From a bacterium (GTDB lineage Bacteria; Krumholzibacteriota; Krumholzibacteriia; LZORAL124-64-63), in NCBI GenBank assembly GCA_031441465.1, contig JANOEP010000046.1:64001-128000 (forward strand): a stretch of DNA of 64,000 nucleotides, read 5' to 3'. Below, one piece after another: positions 1 through 11,345 of the stretch. Under the pieces are notes generated by a model. The model was not told where the DNA came from and did not search any database. It saw only the letters and a list, made by a program, of their open reading frames with translations. Every line of letters begins with the position of its first letter. Position 1 is the first letter of the stretch. Position numbers and translations under genes: made by a program.

Positions 1-1369
1 GGTCCAGGACGAAGGCGGCCACCATGGTGTCGAAGCGGGGTCCTGCCAGGGGCAGGCCGTGGCGCGCGAGGATCCACTCGTCGAATTTCAGATTCTGGCC
101 GACCTTCTCGCGCGTGGGGTCCGCCAGGACCGGCGCGAGCAGGGGGCGGACCCACGCCAGGTGGTCGATCTCGGCCGCGGCGGCGAAGAGGGAGCCCTGG
201 GCCTCGCCGCGCCGCTCCAGCACCGGGATGTAAACCGCGGCGCCTGGCCGGACCGCCAGCGAGACGCCCACCAGGCGGGCGCGGTCGGTCCGCAGCCCGT
301 CGGTCTCGGTGTCGACGGCCAGGGGCGCGCCCGGGGGCAGTTCCTTCAGCCAGGCCGCGAGGTCCGCCGGCGTCGCGAGCAGCCGGTAGTCCGGCCAGTC
401 CGCCGGCGCCGGGGTCGCCCGCTCGTCCACCGCGTCCACCACGGCGTCCGGCGCCGCGACCGACCCCGAGTATGGGGGTCCGGCGCCAATGCCGCGCGCG
501 ACGAGCCGGTCGCTGAGCGCCACGACCTGCCGCAGGCCCAGCTCGGCCAGCAGGGCGCGCGCGGTGTCGTTCGCCGGCAGCACCGTGCGCAACGACTCCC
601 AGTCCGGTACGAGCGGGACCTGCTCGTCGATGGTGAACAGGCGGCGCGAAAGTTCGACCTGCTCGCGGTTCTCCAGCAGGATCCGGCGCAGGCGCGTGGT
701 GACGCCCGGCCGTTCCAGGTTGCGGTACAGGTCGTCGAGGGAGCCCGCCTCGGCCACGAGCTTGGCCGCGGTCTTGATCCCGATGCCGGGAGCGCCCGGG
801 ATGTTGTCGCTGCTGTCGCCGGAGAGGGCGAAGACGTCGATCAGGGTCCGCGGCGCCACGCCGTATTCGCGCTGCACGTCCCGCGGGCCCACTTCGACGA
901 TGTCGGCGCCGCGCGCCCCGGGCTTCAGCATGCCCGTCCGATCGTCCAGCAACTGCTGGAAGTCCTTGTCGCCGGTGTAGAACCACACCCGGTCGGCCAC
1001 GCCCGCGCTGAGCCGGGCCAGCGTGCCCATCAGGTCATCCGCCTCGTAGCCGTCGAGTTCCAGCACCGCGACACCCCAGGCGGACAGCACCTCGCGCAAC
1101 CGCGGCAGCTGGGAGGCGAGTTCCGGGGGCATGGGTTTGCGGTTGGCCTTGTAGGCCGGGAACATCTGGTGGCGGAAGACGGGGCCCGGGCGGTCGAAGA
1201 CCACGGCCAGGTACTCCGGCCGGCGCTCCTCGATCACACGCAGCACGCCCATGCAGAACCCGAAGGCGACCGATGTCGGCTCGCCGGCCGGCGAATTCAG
1301 CGGCCGGCCCGCGAACGCGAAGTGCGCCCGGTAGACCAGGGCCGAACCGTCGACCAGGATCAGCGACAA
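1..1369 (-). CDS. polA: DNA polymerase I (N-terminal part; runs off the window start)
   Basis: Not in the ORF track; translated by hand from TTG at 1369 (AAGGA RBS upstream). 5'-3' exonuclease motifs MSLILVDGSALVYRAHFA, YKANRKPMP and GYEADDLMGTLA, then 3'-5' exonuclease motifs LAVDTET, KVGQNLKFD and FDTMVAAFVLD. Confidence 0.97.
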   Translation of the reverse strand, partial: MSLILVDGSALVYRAHFAFAGRPLNSPAGEPTSVAFGFCMGVLRVIEERRPEYLAVVFDRPGPVFRHQMFPAYKANRKPMPPELASQLPRLREVLSAWGVAVLELDGYEADDLMGTLARLSAGVADRVWFYTGDKDFQQLLDDRTGMLKPGARGADIVEVGPRDVQREYGVAPRTLIDVFALSGDSSDNIPGAPGIGIKTAAKLVAEAGSLDDLYRNLERPGVTTRLRRILLENREQVELSRRLFTIDEQVPLVPDWESLRTVLPANDTARALLAELGLRQVVALSDRLVARGIGAGPPYSGSVAAPDAVVDAVDERATPAPADWPDYRLLATPADLAAWLKELPPGAPLAVDTETDGLRTDRARLVGVSLAVRPGAAVYIPVLERRGEAQGSLFAAAAEIDHLAWVRPLLAPVLADPTREKVGQNLKFDEWILARHGLPLAGPRFDTMVAAFVLD

Positions 1370-1968
1370 GGGGTGTCCTTTCGATGACCGTACAGCCCGC
1401 GTTCGCTGACATAGGCGGCGACCGCGGGCGGCAACAGGTCCGCGGCCGCCTGTCCCCGGCGCAGCCGCTCGCGGATCTCGCGGCTGGCGTCCGGCGCCGC
1501 GAAGTCCGGCAGCACCACCGAACCCGGCGGCAAGTCCGCCGGAACCGGCGCTCGCCCGTCGCGGGAGAGCACGATCGGTCGGGCCAGCGCCAACACGCGC
1601 CCGGGCCGGCGCCATCCGGCCAATCCCCGCCAGGCGTCCTCCCCCAGCACGAGCCAGAGCTGGTCCTGCGGGTGGAGCGCGGCGAGGGACTCGAGCGTGT
1701 CGACTGTCCAGCTGGTTCCGTCACGCACGACCTCGCCGTCCCAGACCTCGACGCCGCCGAGACCCTCGACGCCGAGACTCGCGACACCGAGGCGGACCAT
1801 GGCCAGACGGTCGTCAGCCGTGGCCTGCGCCGGCGGTTTCAGGGGCGATTGCCCCGCGGGCACCACCAGCACCCGGTCGCAGAGGTCTCGGGCCAGCAGT
1901 TCGCGGATCACGGCCAGATGGCCGCCGTGGAAGGGATCGAAGGCGCCGCCGAACACCGCCAACCTCAT
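1360..1968 (-). CDS. nadD: Nicotinate-nucleotide adenylyltransferase
   Basis: MRLAVFGGAFDPFHGGHL (HxGH motif), SPLK, SWTVDTL, LVLGED, ASREIR; start moved to ATG 1968. Confidence 0.93.
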   Translation of the reverse strand: MRLAVFGGAFDPFHGGHLAVIRELLARDLCDRVLVVPAGQSPLKPPAQATADDRLAMVRLGVASLGVEGLGGVEVWDGEVVRDGTSWTVDTLESLAALHPQDQLWLVLGEDAWRGLAGWRRPGRVLALARPIVLSRDGRAPVPADLPPGSVVLPDFAAPDASREIRERLRRGQAAADLLPPAVAAYVSERGLYGHRKDTPCR

Positions 1969-1987
1969 GATTCCGTCCGCCTCACGA

Positions 1988-2752
1988 TCACGGCGCGACG
2001 GCCGGCAACCCGTCGAGGAGCCGCCGCGATTCGGCTGCGAATTTGCCATCTGGCTGCTCGCGCAGGAGCGTCTCCAGGACTTCGCGGGCCCGCGGCGCCT
2101 CGTTCTGGCGCAACGCGAGCCGGGCCCGGTCCATCAGGATCCGGTCCCGGTACTGCGTCTCCGGCTCCTCGGCGATGAGCCGGTCGAGGGTGACCGCCAT
2201 CGCGTCGGGCTTGTGGAGCTGGCGGTAGACTTCGATCACGCCGAGTTGCTTGAGCGCCAAGACGTCGCTGATCTCCACGAGGTGAGACCGGGCCGCGTCG
2301 GCGCGCGGCGAGGTCGGGTAGGTCTGCAGGAAGCTGCGGAACAGCACGCGGGCTTCGCGGGCCGGCGTGACGTCCCGCTGCACGCTGCCGACCTGGAGCA
2401 GGTGCGAGCGCGCCTCCTCGAACAGGGCCTCCTCGACCAGGTCGCTGTTGGGGTACTCCTGGCGCAGGATCTGCAACTCGACCGCGGCGAGGGGGTACTC
2501 CTCGGTGACGAGGTAGGAACGGGCCTTCTCCAACTGGGCGCGGGCGGCCAGGCTGTCGGTCGGGCTGCGGCGCAGGAACGCGGTGTAGGCGTCGACGGCT
2601 TCGCGGTGCTTGCCGCGGTCGGCGTAGGCCAGCGCGCGCTCGTAGGAGCCGGCAGGGTGGGGGTTGGTGTACCCGCAGCCGGCGAGCGCGGCGGCCACGC
2701 AGGCCGCCGTGATCAGGAACGGCCATCGCGTCGTGGAGCGGCTTGCCTGCAC
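1988..2752 (-). CDS. bamD: Outer membrane protein assembly factor BamD (TPR lipoprotein)
   Basis: C-terminal part of ORF 1988..3967; GTG 2752 with GGAGGA RBS; lipobox LAGC; TPR repeats, YPNSDLVEEA, QRDVTPAREA, FLQTYPTS. Confidence 0.82.
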   Translation of the reverse strand: MQASRSTTRWPFLITAACVAAALAGCGYTNPHPAGSYERALAYADRGKHREAVDAYTAFLRRSPTDSLAARAQLEKARSYLVTEEYPLAAVELQILRQEYPNSDLVEEALFEEARSHLLQVGSVQRDVTPAREARVLFRSFLQTYPTSPRADAARSHLVEISDVLALKQLGVIEVYRQLHKPDAMAVTLDRLIAEEPETQYRDRILMDRARLALRQNEAPRAREVLETLLREQPDGKFAAESRRLLDGLPAVAP

Positions 2753-2778
2753 GTGTCCTCCCGGGTTCCGGCGGCGAT

Positions 2779-3465
2779 TCAGTTGCCGGAGTTGGCGAAA
2801 TAGACCGCCACGAGGCCGGTCAGGGCGCCCACGACGACGAGTTCCTCGAGGATCGCGCGCACCCCTCCCTCGGCGGGTTCGGCGGTGGTGAAGGCGTAGG
2901 TCGCCGCATCCACGGCTGCGAGGTGTTGCGCCGGGATCCGGTCGGTGTAGCCGCGGGCCAGCCTCTTGTCGAGCAGCAGGCGCCCGGTGGCCTTCTCGAG
3001 CACCGTCACCTGCACGACCGCCTGGAACTCCCGGTCCAACCAGCGGCGCCAGAGGCCGAAGCGCCGGCCCACCCGCGGGTAGCTCAGGTCCACGTCCTCG
3101 ATGTAGTAGCGGAACTCGTAGTCGGCCCCGACTACGGTCGCCGTCTTGGTCGCCGCCACGTCCGTCTCGTCCAGCAGGACCGCGTGACCGGCGGCCGTCA
3201 ACTCGGCGAAGGCGGCCGTGTCGAAGAGCGGCTGGGCGACGTGCTTGGCGCGGGGGCGCAGCGCGACGCGGGAACTGTCGGGCGGCAGCACCGCGGCGGC
3301 CTCGCGCACGATGTCGGCGAACAGAGCCCGGGTCAGCCAGAGGTTCGTGCGCACGGTGTCGGGACCGGCGGCGGCGAAGGGGGGCGGCGCGTCCTGGGCC
3401 GCGACGGCGCCGGACAGCGCCAGGCTCAAGGTCAGGGCCGTCGCAACGGCGGCGAGCAGTCTCAT
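2779..3465 (-). CDS. Exported hypothetical protein with a C-terminal hydrophobic helix
   Basis: ATG 3465 overlaps the rimO stop; signal peptide MRLLAAVATALTLSLALSGAVAA-QD; C-terminal LEELVVVGALTGLVAVYFAN. Confidence 0.75.
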   Translation of the reverse strand: MRLLAAVATALTLSLALSGAVAAQDAPPPFAAAGPDTVRTNLWLTRALFADIVREAAAVLPPDSSRVALRPRAKHVAQPLFDTAAFAELTAAGHAVLLDETDVAATKTATVVGADYEFRYYIEDVDLSYPRVGRRFGLWRRWLDREFQAVVQVTVLEKATGRLLLDKRLARGYTDRIPAQHLAAVDAATYAFTTAEPAEGGVRAILEELVVVGALTGLVAVYFANSGN

Positions 3466-4874
3466 CGAAATTCCTTTCCCCGCGCCGCGGCCCGCACGCC
3501 CAGGACGTCGAAGGGCGTGACGGCGGCGAAGCGGGCCGTGAGCCAGTCCCCGGCGGCGAGACCGCGCCCGTCGAGCAGCACGACCCCGTCCGTTTCGTAG
3601 GCGAAATGCCGGCTGCGGGCGACGGCGACCGGTCCCGCGGCCAGCGAACCCGGATCCGCGGTCCCGGGTTCCCGATCCCCGCCGGCGAGGTCCTCCAGCA
3701 GGTCCGCCCACTCGGCGCCGTCGCCGACGCTGTCGACGACGACGTCGAACTCCTCCCCCAGCCTGGTGAGCTGCCGATCGCGGGCGATCTCCGACTGGAG
3801 GTCCATGATGCGGGCCTCGCGGTCGGCGACCTCCTCGGTGTCGGGCGCGTCGTCGAAGCCAGCGCCGGCGGTCCCCGCCTCGGGAGAATAGCGGTAGGTG
3901 CCCACGTGGTCAAACCGGATGCGCTCCAGGAAGTCCGCCGTGACTTCGATGTCCTCCTCCTGCTCACCCGGGAATCCCAGCAGCAGCGTGGTGCGCAGCA
4001 CCAGGTCGGGACGGTCGCGGCGCAGTTCTTCGAAGAAGCGCGCCAGCTTCTCCGTGTCGAAGGGCCGGTTCATGCGGCGCAGCACCGCCGGCGAGGCGTG
4101 CTGGACCGGCATGTCCACGTAAGGCAGCACCTTGGGCAGGTCGAGCAGGCGGCGGAAACGGTCCACCCCGATCAGGCCCGGGTAGAGGTAGTGCAGCCGT
4201 ACCCAGCGCAGATCGGCGACCTCCGCCAGCGCCGCCGCGAGGTCGAACAGGTCTTCGCCGGCCCCGCGGCCGAAATCGCTGGTGTTCTGGGAGACCAGCA
4301 TCAGCTCGCGCACCCCCCGCGCCGCCAGCCGGCGGGCCTCGTCGACCAGTTCGGCGACCGGCCGCGAACGCTGGTCGCCGCGAATCAGGGGGATGCGGCA
4401 GAAGGCGCAGCGGAAGTTGCAGCCCTCGGACACCTTCATGAATGCCAAGTGCGGCGGCGTCAGCAGGGGGCGGTCGGCCATCCCCTCGTAGCGGGCCTCT
4501 TCGGGGCGCGCCACGGGGACCCGGTCCTGTCCCAGTTCCAGGGCGTCGAGCAGCCGATCGAAGTTGCCGACGCCGTTGACCAGGTCGATCCCGGGATGGT
4601 CGCGCGCGATGCTCTCGCCGTGCTCCTGGGTCAGGCAGCCCGTCACCACGAGGGTGCGCCCACCCTTGGTGGCGCACATTTCGGCGATGGCTTCGTAGCT
4701 GTCGAGGCGCGCGGCCTCGATGAAGCCACAGGTGTTCAGCACCCAGATGTCGGCGCCGGCGGGGTCGGCCGTGGTGGGGATGCCCCGCGCGACGAAGCGG
4801 CCGAGCAGCGCCTCGCTGTCCACCAGGTTCTTGTCGCAGCCGAGGGTGCGGCAGTGGACGGTGCGCCGGGTCAC
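3462..4874 (-). CDS. rimO: Ribosomal protein S12 methylthiotransferase RimO
   Basis: LGCDKNLVDSE, NTCGFIEAA, radical SAM KVSEGCNFRCAFCRIPLIRG, LHYLYP, YETDG; GTG 4874 overlaps the ftsK stop. Confidence 0.95.
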   Translation of the reverse strand: MTRRTVHCRTLGCDKNLVDSEALLGRFVARGIPTTADPAGADIWVLNTCGFIEAARLDSYEAIAEMCATKGGRTLVVTGCLTQEHGESIARDHPGIDLVNGVGNFDRLLDALELGQDRVPVARPEEARYEGMADRPLLTPPHLAFMKVSEGCNFRCAFCRIPLIRGDQRSRPVAELVDEARRLAARGVRELMLVSQNTSDFGRGAGEDLFDLAAALAEVADLRWVRLHYLYPGLIGVDRFRRLLDLPKVLPYVDMPVQHASPAVLRRMNRPFDTEKLARFFEELRRDRPDLVLRTTLLLGFPGEQEEDIEVTADFLERIRFDHVGTYRYSPEAGTAGAGFDDAPDTEEVADREARIMDLQSEIARDRQLTRLGEEFDVVVDSVGDGAEWADLLEDLAGGDREPGTADPGSLAAGPVAVARSRHFAYETDGVVLLDGRGLAAGDWLTARFAAVTPFDVLGVRAAARGKEFR

Positions 4875-7247
4875 GTGAGGCTGTCCTCCTCGAATTCGCG
4901 CAGGGCGCTGAGGTCGTCGGGCTTCATGACGACCTCGCGGGCCTTGCTGCCGATGAACGGCCCCACCACGCCCGCCTGCTCGAGCAGGTCCATGAGCCGT
5001 CCGGCGCGCGCATAACCGATCTGCAGCTTGCGCTGCAGCATCGAGGTCGACCCGTGCTGGGACAGCACGATGATCTCGCGCGCCTTCTCGAACAGCGGGT
5101 CGTCGTCGAGATCCAGCACGGAGGCCTCCTCGCGCTCCTCCTGCAGGGTGATGGGCCGCGTGACGTGCTTGAACTGTCGCCAGTGGGCGGCCAGGGCCTC
5201 GCACTCCTCGATGTCGATGAACGCGCCGTGGACGCGCACCGGCGTGGCCCGGCCCGGCTGCAGGTACAGCATGTCGCCCTTGCCCAGGAGCTTCTCGGCT
5301 CCGTTCGCGTCCAGGATGGTGCGCGAGTCGTTCTTCTGGATGACCCGGAAGGCGATGCGGCAGGGGATGTTGGCCTTGATCACGCCGGTCAGCACGTCGA
5401 CGCTCGGGCGCTGCGTCGCCAGCACCAGGTGGATGCCCACGGCGCGCGCCTTCTGGGCGATCCGGGTGATCGGCATCTCGATCTCCTGGCCGAGCTGGAT
5501 CATGAGATCCGCCAGTTCGTCGACGATGCAGACGTAGTAGGGCATCGGCTCGCTGATCGCAACGCCGTCGTCGCCTGCAATCTCGCCGGCGGCCACCTTG
5601 CGGTTGTAACCCTCGATGTTGCGCACGCTGTGGCGCGAGAGGCGCCGGTAGCGGTGGTCCATCTGGGCTTCCATCCACTTCAGCGCCCGCAGCGCGTCCT
5701 TGGGGTCGGTCACCACCGGCAGCAGCAGGTGCGGGATGTCGTTGTAGACGTTCAGCTCCAGCATCTTGGGATCGATCAGCAGCAGCCGGACCAGGGAGGG
5801 GTCGCAGCGCAGCAGCAGCGAGCTGATCATGGCGTTGACGCAGACGCTCTTGCCGCTGCCGGTCGAGCCGGCCACCAGCAGGTGGGGCTGCTCGGCGAGG
5901 TCGATCGTCACCGCCTCGCCGAAGACGTCGCGGCCCAGCACCACGCTCAGCGGGGTGCGCATGCGGTCGGCGGCCTGGACGAAGACCTCCTTCATCGAGA
6001 CGATCTGCTGCGTCGGGTTGGGGATCTCGATGCCGACGGCCGCCTTGCCGGGGATGGGAGCCTCCATGCGGATGGAGCGGGCCTTCATCGCCAGGGCGAG
6101 GTCGTCGGAACGCTGCACGATGGCGTTGACCTTGATCCCGGACGCCGGCTGGTACTCGTAGGTGGTCACCACGGGGCCGGGCCGGACGTCCTTGACCGCG
6201 CCCTCGACGCCGAACGAGCGCAGCGTCTCCTCGAGCAGGTCGGCCGCGGCGTGCAGCAATTCCGCGGAAACGGCCACGCGGTCGGTCGGCGGTTCGCGCA
6301 GCACCGAGAGGTCGGGCAGCGGCAGCGGCACCGCCGGATCCACCAGTCCCGAGGTGACTTCGGCGAATCCCTCGGCAGAGCCGGCGGCCGAGGCGCGGCG
6401 GCCCGCCACCGGCGGTCCGTCATCTTCGTCGAAATCCCTCGCCGAGGCGCGGTCGTGGTCGGGCGGGGCGTGCACGACGCGCGGGGTTGCGGCGGCCGGG
6501 GCCGGTTCCGCACGGGAACGGGCGGGCGCGACGGCCGACGCCACGGCCGCGGGCTTCACGACGCGCCGTTCGGCCTCGTCCCTGGCCGTCGCGGCCGCGC
6601 CGCGCCAGGTCCGGGCGATCCCGCGCACCAGACGCCACGGCAACATCAGAACCCAGAGCAACGCGCGCCAGGCGGCCACCAGTCCCGTGCCCAGCGCCTC
6701 TCCCCAGGGTCCCAAGCGGCCGAGGAAGGCCGGCAACCAGGGGTGCGTGGCGCGCAGCACGGCGGTCAACAGCAGGAACGACAGGAAGATGCCGGCGCCC
6801 CAGCGTCCGAAGAGGGCGCCGAATCCGCGCGCGAGGCCGTAACCGGGAGCCCCGCCCCACGCCGCGGCCGGCGCCGCTTCCAGCGGCCAGCCGGATTGCC
6901 CCAGCCAGGCGACCGAGGCAAGGCACAGCGGGATCAACCGGCTGCCCAAGTACAGTCGAGGCGCCTCACCGCGCGCCAGCAGGACCAGGCCGCGGATCGC
7001 CAGCAGCAACGGCAGGGCCCAGCACCAGAGCGCGCCCAGACCGGCGCGCAGCGCCAGCGCGACCAGGGCGCCGACCGGACCGCCGGGGTTGCCCTGGGGC
7101 ATCAATTCGGAGCCGGGATCGCCGTTCGCCAGGGACCACCAAGAGGCGGCCGGGCCGCTGAGCGCGAGCGCCGCGTAGACGGCCAGCACCACGTGCAGCA
7201 GGCCGCCGAGCCGCGGGGACCGCCACCAGCTTGCGGCGTTGGTCTGG

Positions 7248-7270
<23 letters not shown>
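4871..7270 (-). CDS. ftsK: DNA translocase FtsK/SpoIIIE
   Basis: N-terminal TM segments, [49 protein letters not shown], gamma domain [21 protein letters not shown] 7270 with AAGGAGG RBS. Confidence 0.96.
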
Positions 7271-8633
<1,363 letters not shown>

Positions 8634-8697
8634 CCGCGTCTCTCCTGTCGTGGCTCGGTACGGGAACGGCGGCGGCGGCGGCCGCTGCCGCCGGACG

Positions 8698-8726
8698 ATT
8701 GTCCGGCCGGCGCCGGAAAATGGCAA
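8698..8726 (-). promoter_or_regulatory. Putative sigma70 promoter for accC-ftsK-rimO and downstream genes
   Basis: TTGCCA-N17-GACAAT on the minus strand in the accB/accC gap. Confidence 0.5.
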
Positions 8727-8745
8727 GCCTGGAAGCGGGACGGGA

Positions 8746-8776
8746 GCGGCGCGCGCCCCCCGGGGACGCGCGCCGC
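8746..8776 (-). terminator. GC-rich stem-loop after accB (terminator or mRNA 3' stabiliser)
   Basis: RNA GCGGCGCGCGUCCC-CGG-GGGGCGCGCGCCGC, a 14-bp stem with one G-U pair, 14 nt after the accB stop; no clear U-tract. Confidence 0.5.
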
Positions 8777-8790
8777 GGCTGGACGACGGT

Positions 8791-9255
8791 TCAGGCGGGA
8801 TCCACGAGGAACAGGATCGCCTCGGCTTCCACCGGCGTGGCGTTCTCGACCAGGATCTCTTTGATGACCCCGCCGAATTCGGCCTCGATCTCGTTCATGA
8901 CCTTCATGGCTTCGATGATGCACAAGGTCTGGCCCGGCTTGATGGTGTCACCCGTGTTGACGAAGTTCGGCACGTCCGGCGCGGGACCCCGGTACAGCGT
9001 GCCGACGATGGGCGAGCGGATCTCGCGCCACTTCGCCCGTTCGGGGTTGGCCGCGGGAGCGGCGGGCGCCGCCGTCGCGGAGGCGGCGACCGGCGCGGCC
9101 GCCGCCGGGGGCAACGTGGCGGCGTAGGCCAGGTGGGCCGACGGCGCGGCGTGCTTCTGGATGCGGATGGTGGTGTCCTTGTCGATCACTTCGAGTTCGT
9201 CGATGCGGCTGTCCTCGACCAGCTTGACAAGCTCGCGCACCTTGCTGAGATCCAT
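8791..9255 (-). CDS. accB: Biotin carboxyl carrier protein
   Basis: Ala/Pro linker, [23 protein letters not shown] biotinylation motif. Confidence 0.97.
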   Translation of the reverse strand: MDLSKVRELVKLVEDSRIDELEVIDKDTTIRIQKHAAPSAHLAYAATLPPAAAAPVAASATAAPAAPAANPERAKWREIRSPIVGTLYRGPAPDVPNFVNTGDTIKPGQTLCIIEAMKVMNEIEAEFGGVIKEILVENATPVEAEAILFLVDPA

Positions 9256-9279
9256 GGTCTCCCCTTCCGGCCGGAGGCG

Positions 9280-9837
9280 TCAGACGCGCCCCAGGTACTT
9301 GCCCGTGCGGGTGTCGATCTTGAGGACCTCGCCCTCCTCGATGAACAGCGGCACCTGGACGACGAGCCCCGTCTCCAGGGTCGCCGGCTTGGAGGCGCCC
9401 TGGGCGGTGTCGCCACGCAGACCGGGATCGGTCTGGGCCACCTTCAGCTCGACGGTGTTGGGCGCCTCGACGGTCACCGGCACGCCGTCGCGCAGGAGCA
9501 TGTTGACCGTCTCGCTCTCCTTGACGTACTTGGCCACATCGCCCAGCGTGTCCCGGGGCAGCGAGATCTGCTCGTAGGTCTCGAGGTTCATGAAGGTCAG
9601 AAAATCGCCGTCCACGTAGAGGAACTGGAAGTCGCGACGCTCGAGCCGGACCTCCTCGAACTTCTCCCCGGAACGGAACGTGTCCTCGACGACCTTCCCG
9701 GTGGAAACGTTCTTCAGCTTCGTGCGCACGAAGGCCGAGCCCTTGCCCGGCTTGACGTGCTGGAAATCGACGATGGCCCAGAGACTGTTCTTGTAGTTCA
9801 GGACCATGCCGTTGCGAAAATCGCTCGTGTCAGCCAA
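9280..9837 (-). CDS. efp: Translation elongation factor P
   Basis: TTG 9837 with AGGAG RBS; FQHVKPGKGSAFVRTKLKN, TDPGLRGDTA, KPATLETG, KIDTRTGKYLGR. Confidence 0.97.
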   Translation of the reverse strand: MADTSDFRNGMVLNYKNSLWAIVDFQHVKPGKGSAFVRTKLKNVSTGKVVEDTFRSGEKFEEVRLERRDFQFLYVDGDFLTFMNLETYEQISLPRDTLGDVAKYVKESETVNMLLRDGVPVTVEAPNTVELKVAQTDPGLRGDTAQGASKPATLETGLVVQVPLFIEEGEVLKIDTRTGKYLGRV

Positions 9838-9892
9838 CTCGGCCTCTCCTGTGCGAGTGACGCCCTGCCGGGCAGCGTGAAAATGCCCACTA

Positions 9893-9921
9893 TTGATAAC
9901 ATCTGTTCCGCGAGATGGCAA
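9893..9921 (-). promoter_or_regulatory. Putative sigma70 promoter for efp-accB
   Basis: TTGCCA-N17-TATCAA with a TG extension, in an AT-richer gap. Confidence 0.45.
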
Positions 9922-10374
9922 TCAGGCGTTGCCGTCTCCCAGCAGCCCCTTCACGCCCCGCAGGGCAAGGCGGTAGCTGTCGACGCCGAAACCGCAGATC
10001 GAAGCCCTGACGACGTCCCGCAGCAGGTTCTGCCGGCGGAACGGCTCGCGGGCGTCGGGATTGGAAAGGTGGACTTCGACCACGGGCGTCGCCACGCAGA
10101 GCAGCGCGTCGCGCACCGCCACCGAGGTGTGGGTGTAGGCGGCGGCGTTGACCACCAGCGCCGCGGCCTCGTTCCCCCAGTGATGGATCAGGGTCACGAG
10201 TTCGCCCTCGACCTCGGTCTGGTGGCAGACGACGCGCAGCCCCAGCGCGGCACCTTCGGCCACACAGACGGCGTCGAGCTGCGCCAAGGTGAGCGCGGGG
10301 TAATGCTCGGCCTCGCGACGGCCGAGCTGGCTCAGGTTCGGCCCGTTCAGGACCGCGACCAGGGGTGCGGTCAC
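9922..10374 (-). CDS. aroQ: Type II 3-dehydroquinate dehydratase
   Basis: LNGPNLSQLGRRE..HY, NAAAYTHTSVAVRDA, VEVHLSNPDAREPFR. Confidence 0.95.
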   Translation of the reverse strand: MTAPLVAVLNGPNLSQLGRREAEHYPALTLAQLDAVCVAEGAALGLRVVCHQTEVEGELVTLIHHWGNEAAALVVNAAAYTHTSVAVRDALLCVATPVVEVHLSNPDAREPFRRQNLLRDVVRASICGFGVDSYRLALRGVKGLLGDGNA

Positions 10375-11213
10375 GCCGGGCCGCCCTGCTGCCGGTCGAT
10401 CCAGGCTTCGAAGCGGGCGCGGTTGTGGTCGGCCGGCGGTGAGCCGGCGACGGGAGCCGCCGGTTCCGGCGCCGCGGCGCCGGCGGGGACGCCCCCTGCC
10501 GCTCCCGGCGCACAGGGCGTCGCGTCCGCCGTCGCGTCGACCGCTTCCAGGCTGGCGATTTCACGGGCCACGTCGGCGCGCTCCGGGTGCTCGGCCAGCA
10601 GCCGGCGCAGGATCGCGAGCGCCTTCTGACGGTGTCCCTGGGCCAGATAGATCTCGGCCAGGGTCTGGGTCAGGAATCGCGGCGCCGGGCCGATGTCCGC
10701 GACGGGTGGGGACGCCGCCACCGCCGGCGCGGTCTCGGCTGGCGGCGCCCACGGCTGATCGGCCCCGGCCGCCGGTTCGTCGTCGGTCGCCGCATCGGCC
10801 GGGATCATGTCTTCCTGGATCGCAGCTACCGGGAACACTTCCGTCGGGCCACCACCGACCGGCACGTCGACGAATGTCGCCGTTGCGGCCGCGATCCCGG
10901 CGGGCGCCGCCGGTTCGCGATCCGGCAGGGCCAGCAACTGTGGCGCTTCACGGTGGCCGGCATCGCGATCGAGCACCGCGCGGGCCAGGTCGCGCGCCTC
11001 GGCCGGTCGTCCTTGATCACGGCGGACGCGGGCTAGGACGACCCGGGCCGACAGGGAGTCGGCGCACCGTTCGAGCCCCTCCTCGAGCAGGGCCGAGGCG
11101 GCTTCCAGCCGGCCTTCCGCCCGGTAGAGTTCGGCCAGAGGGATGAAGAACCGGTCGCGCGGCCGGCGGTCCTGCTGCATCTCGAAGTAGCGGATCATGC
11201 GATCGTGGGTCAC
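10371..11213 (-). CDS. Tetratricopeptide repeat protein
   Basis: N-terminal TPRs (LAELYRAEG.., LARVRRDQG..), Ala/Pro/acidic linker, C-terminal TQTLAEIYLAQGHRQKALAIL; GTG 11213 with GAAGGA RBS. Confidence 0.8.
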   Translation of the reverse strand: MTHDRMIRYFEMQQDRRPRDRFFIPLAELYRAEGRLEAASALLEEGLERCADSLSARVVLARVRRDQGRPAEARDLARAVLDRDAGHREAPQLLALPDREPAAPAGIAAATATFVDVPVGGGPTEVFPVAAIQEDMIPADAATDDEPAAGADQPWAPPAETAPAVAASPPVADIGPAPRFLTQTLAEIYLAQGHRQKALAILRRLLAEHPERADVAREIASLEAVDATADATPCAPGAAGGVPAGAAAPEPAAPVAGSPPADHNRARFEAWIDRQQGGPA

Positions 11214-11297
11214 GCCGTTTCCTTCAACCAACTGGTGATCGTCGCTGCAACGAGCGTGTCGGTCGCGACCCGCGGCGGGCCCGCTGGCCGACGGTTC

Positions 11298-11327
11298 AGT
11301 CTAGGCACTCGCATGGTCCGCCGTCAA
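11298..11327 (-). promoter_or_regulatory. Putative sigma70 promoter for TPR-aroQ
   Basis: TTGACG-N18-TAGACT. Confidence 0.55.
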
Positions 11328-11345
11328 GCCGCCTGCGGGAATCGT

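Noticed and set aside
3630..3725. Roughly 30-aa insertion in the RimO TRAM domain as an intein or frameshift
   Set aside because: In frame, too short and without intein motifs; most likely a surface loop.
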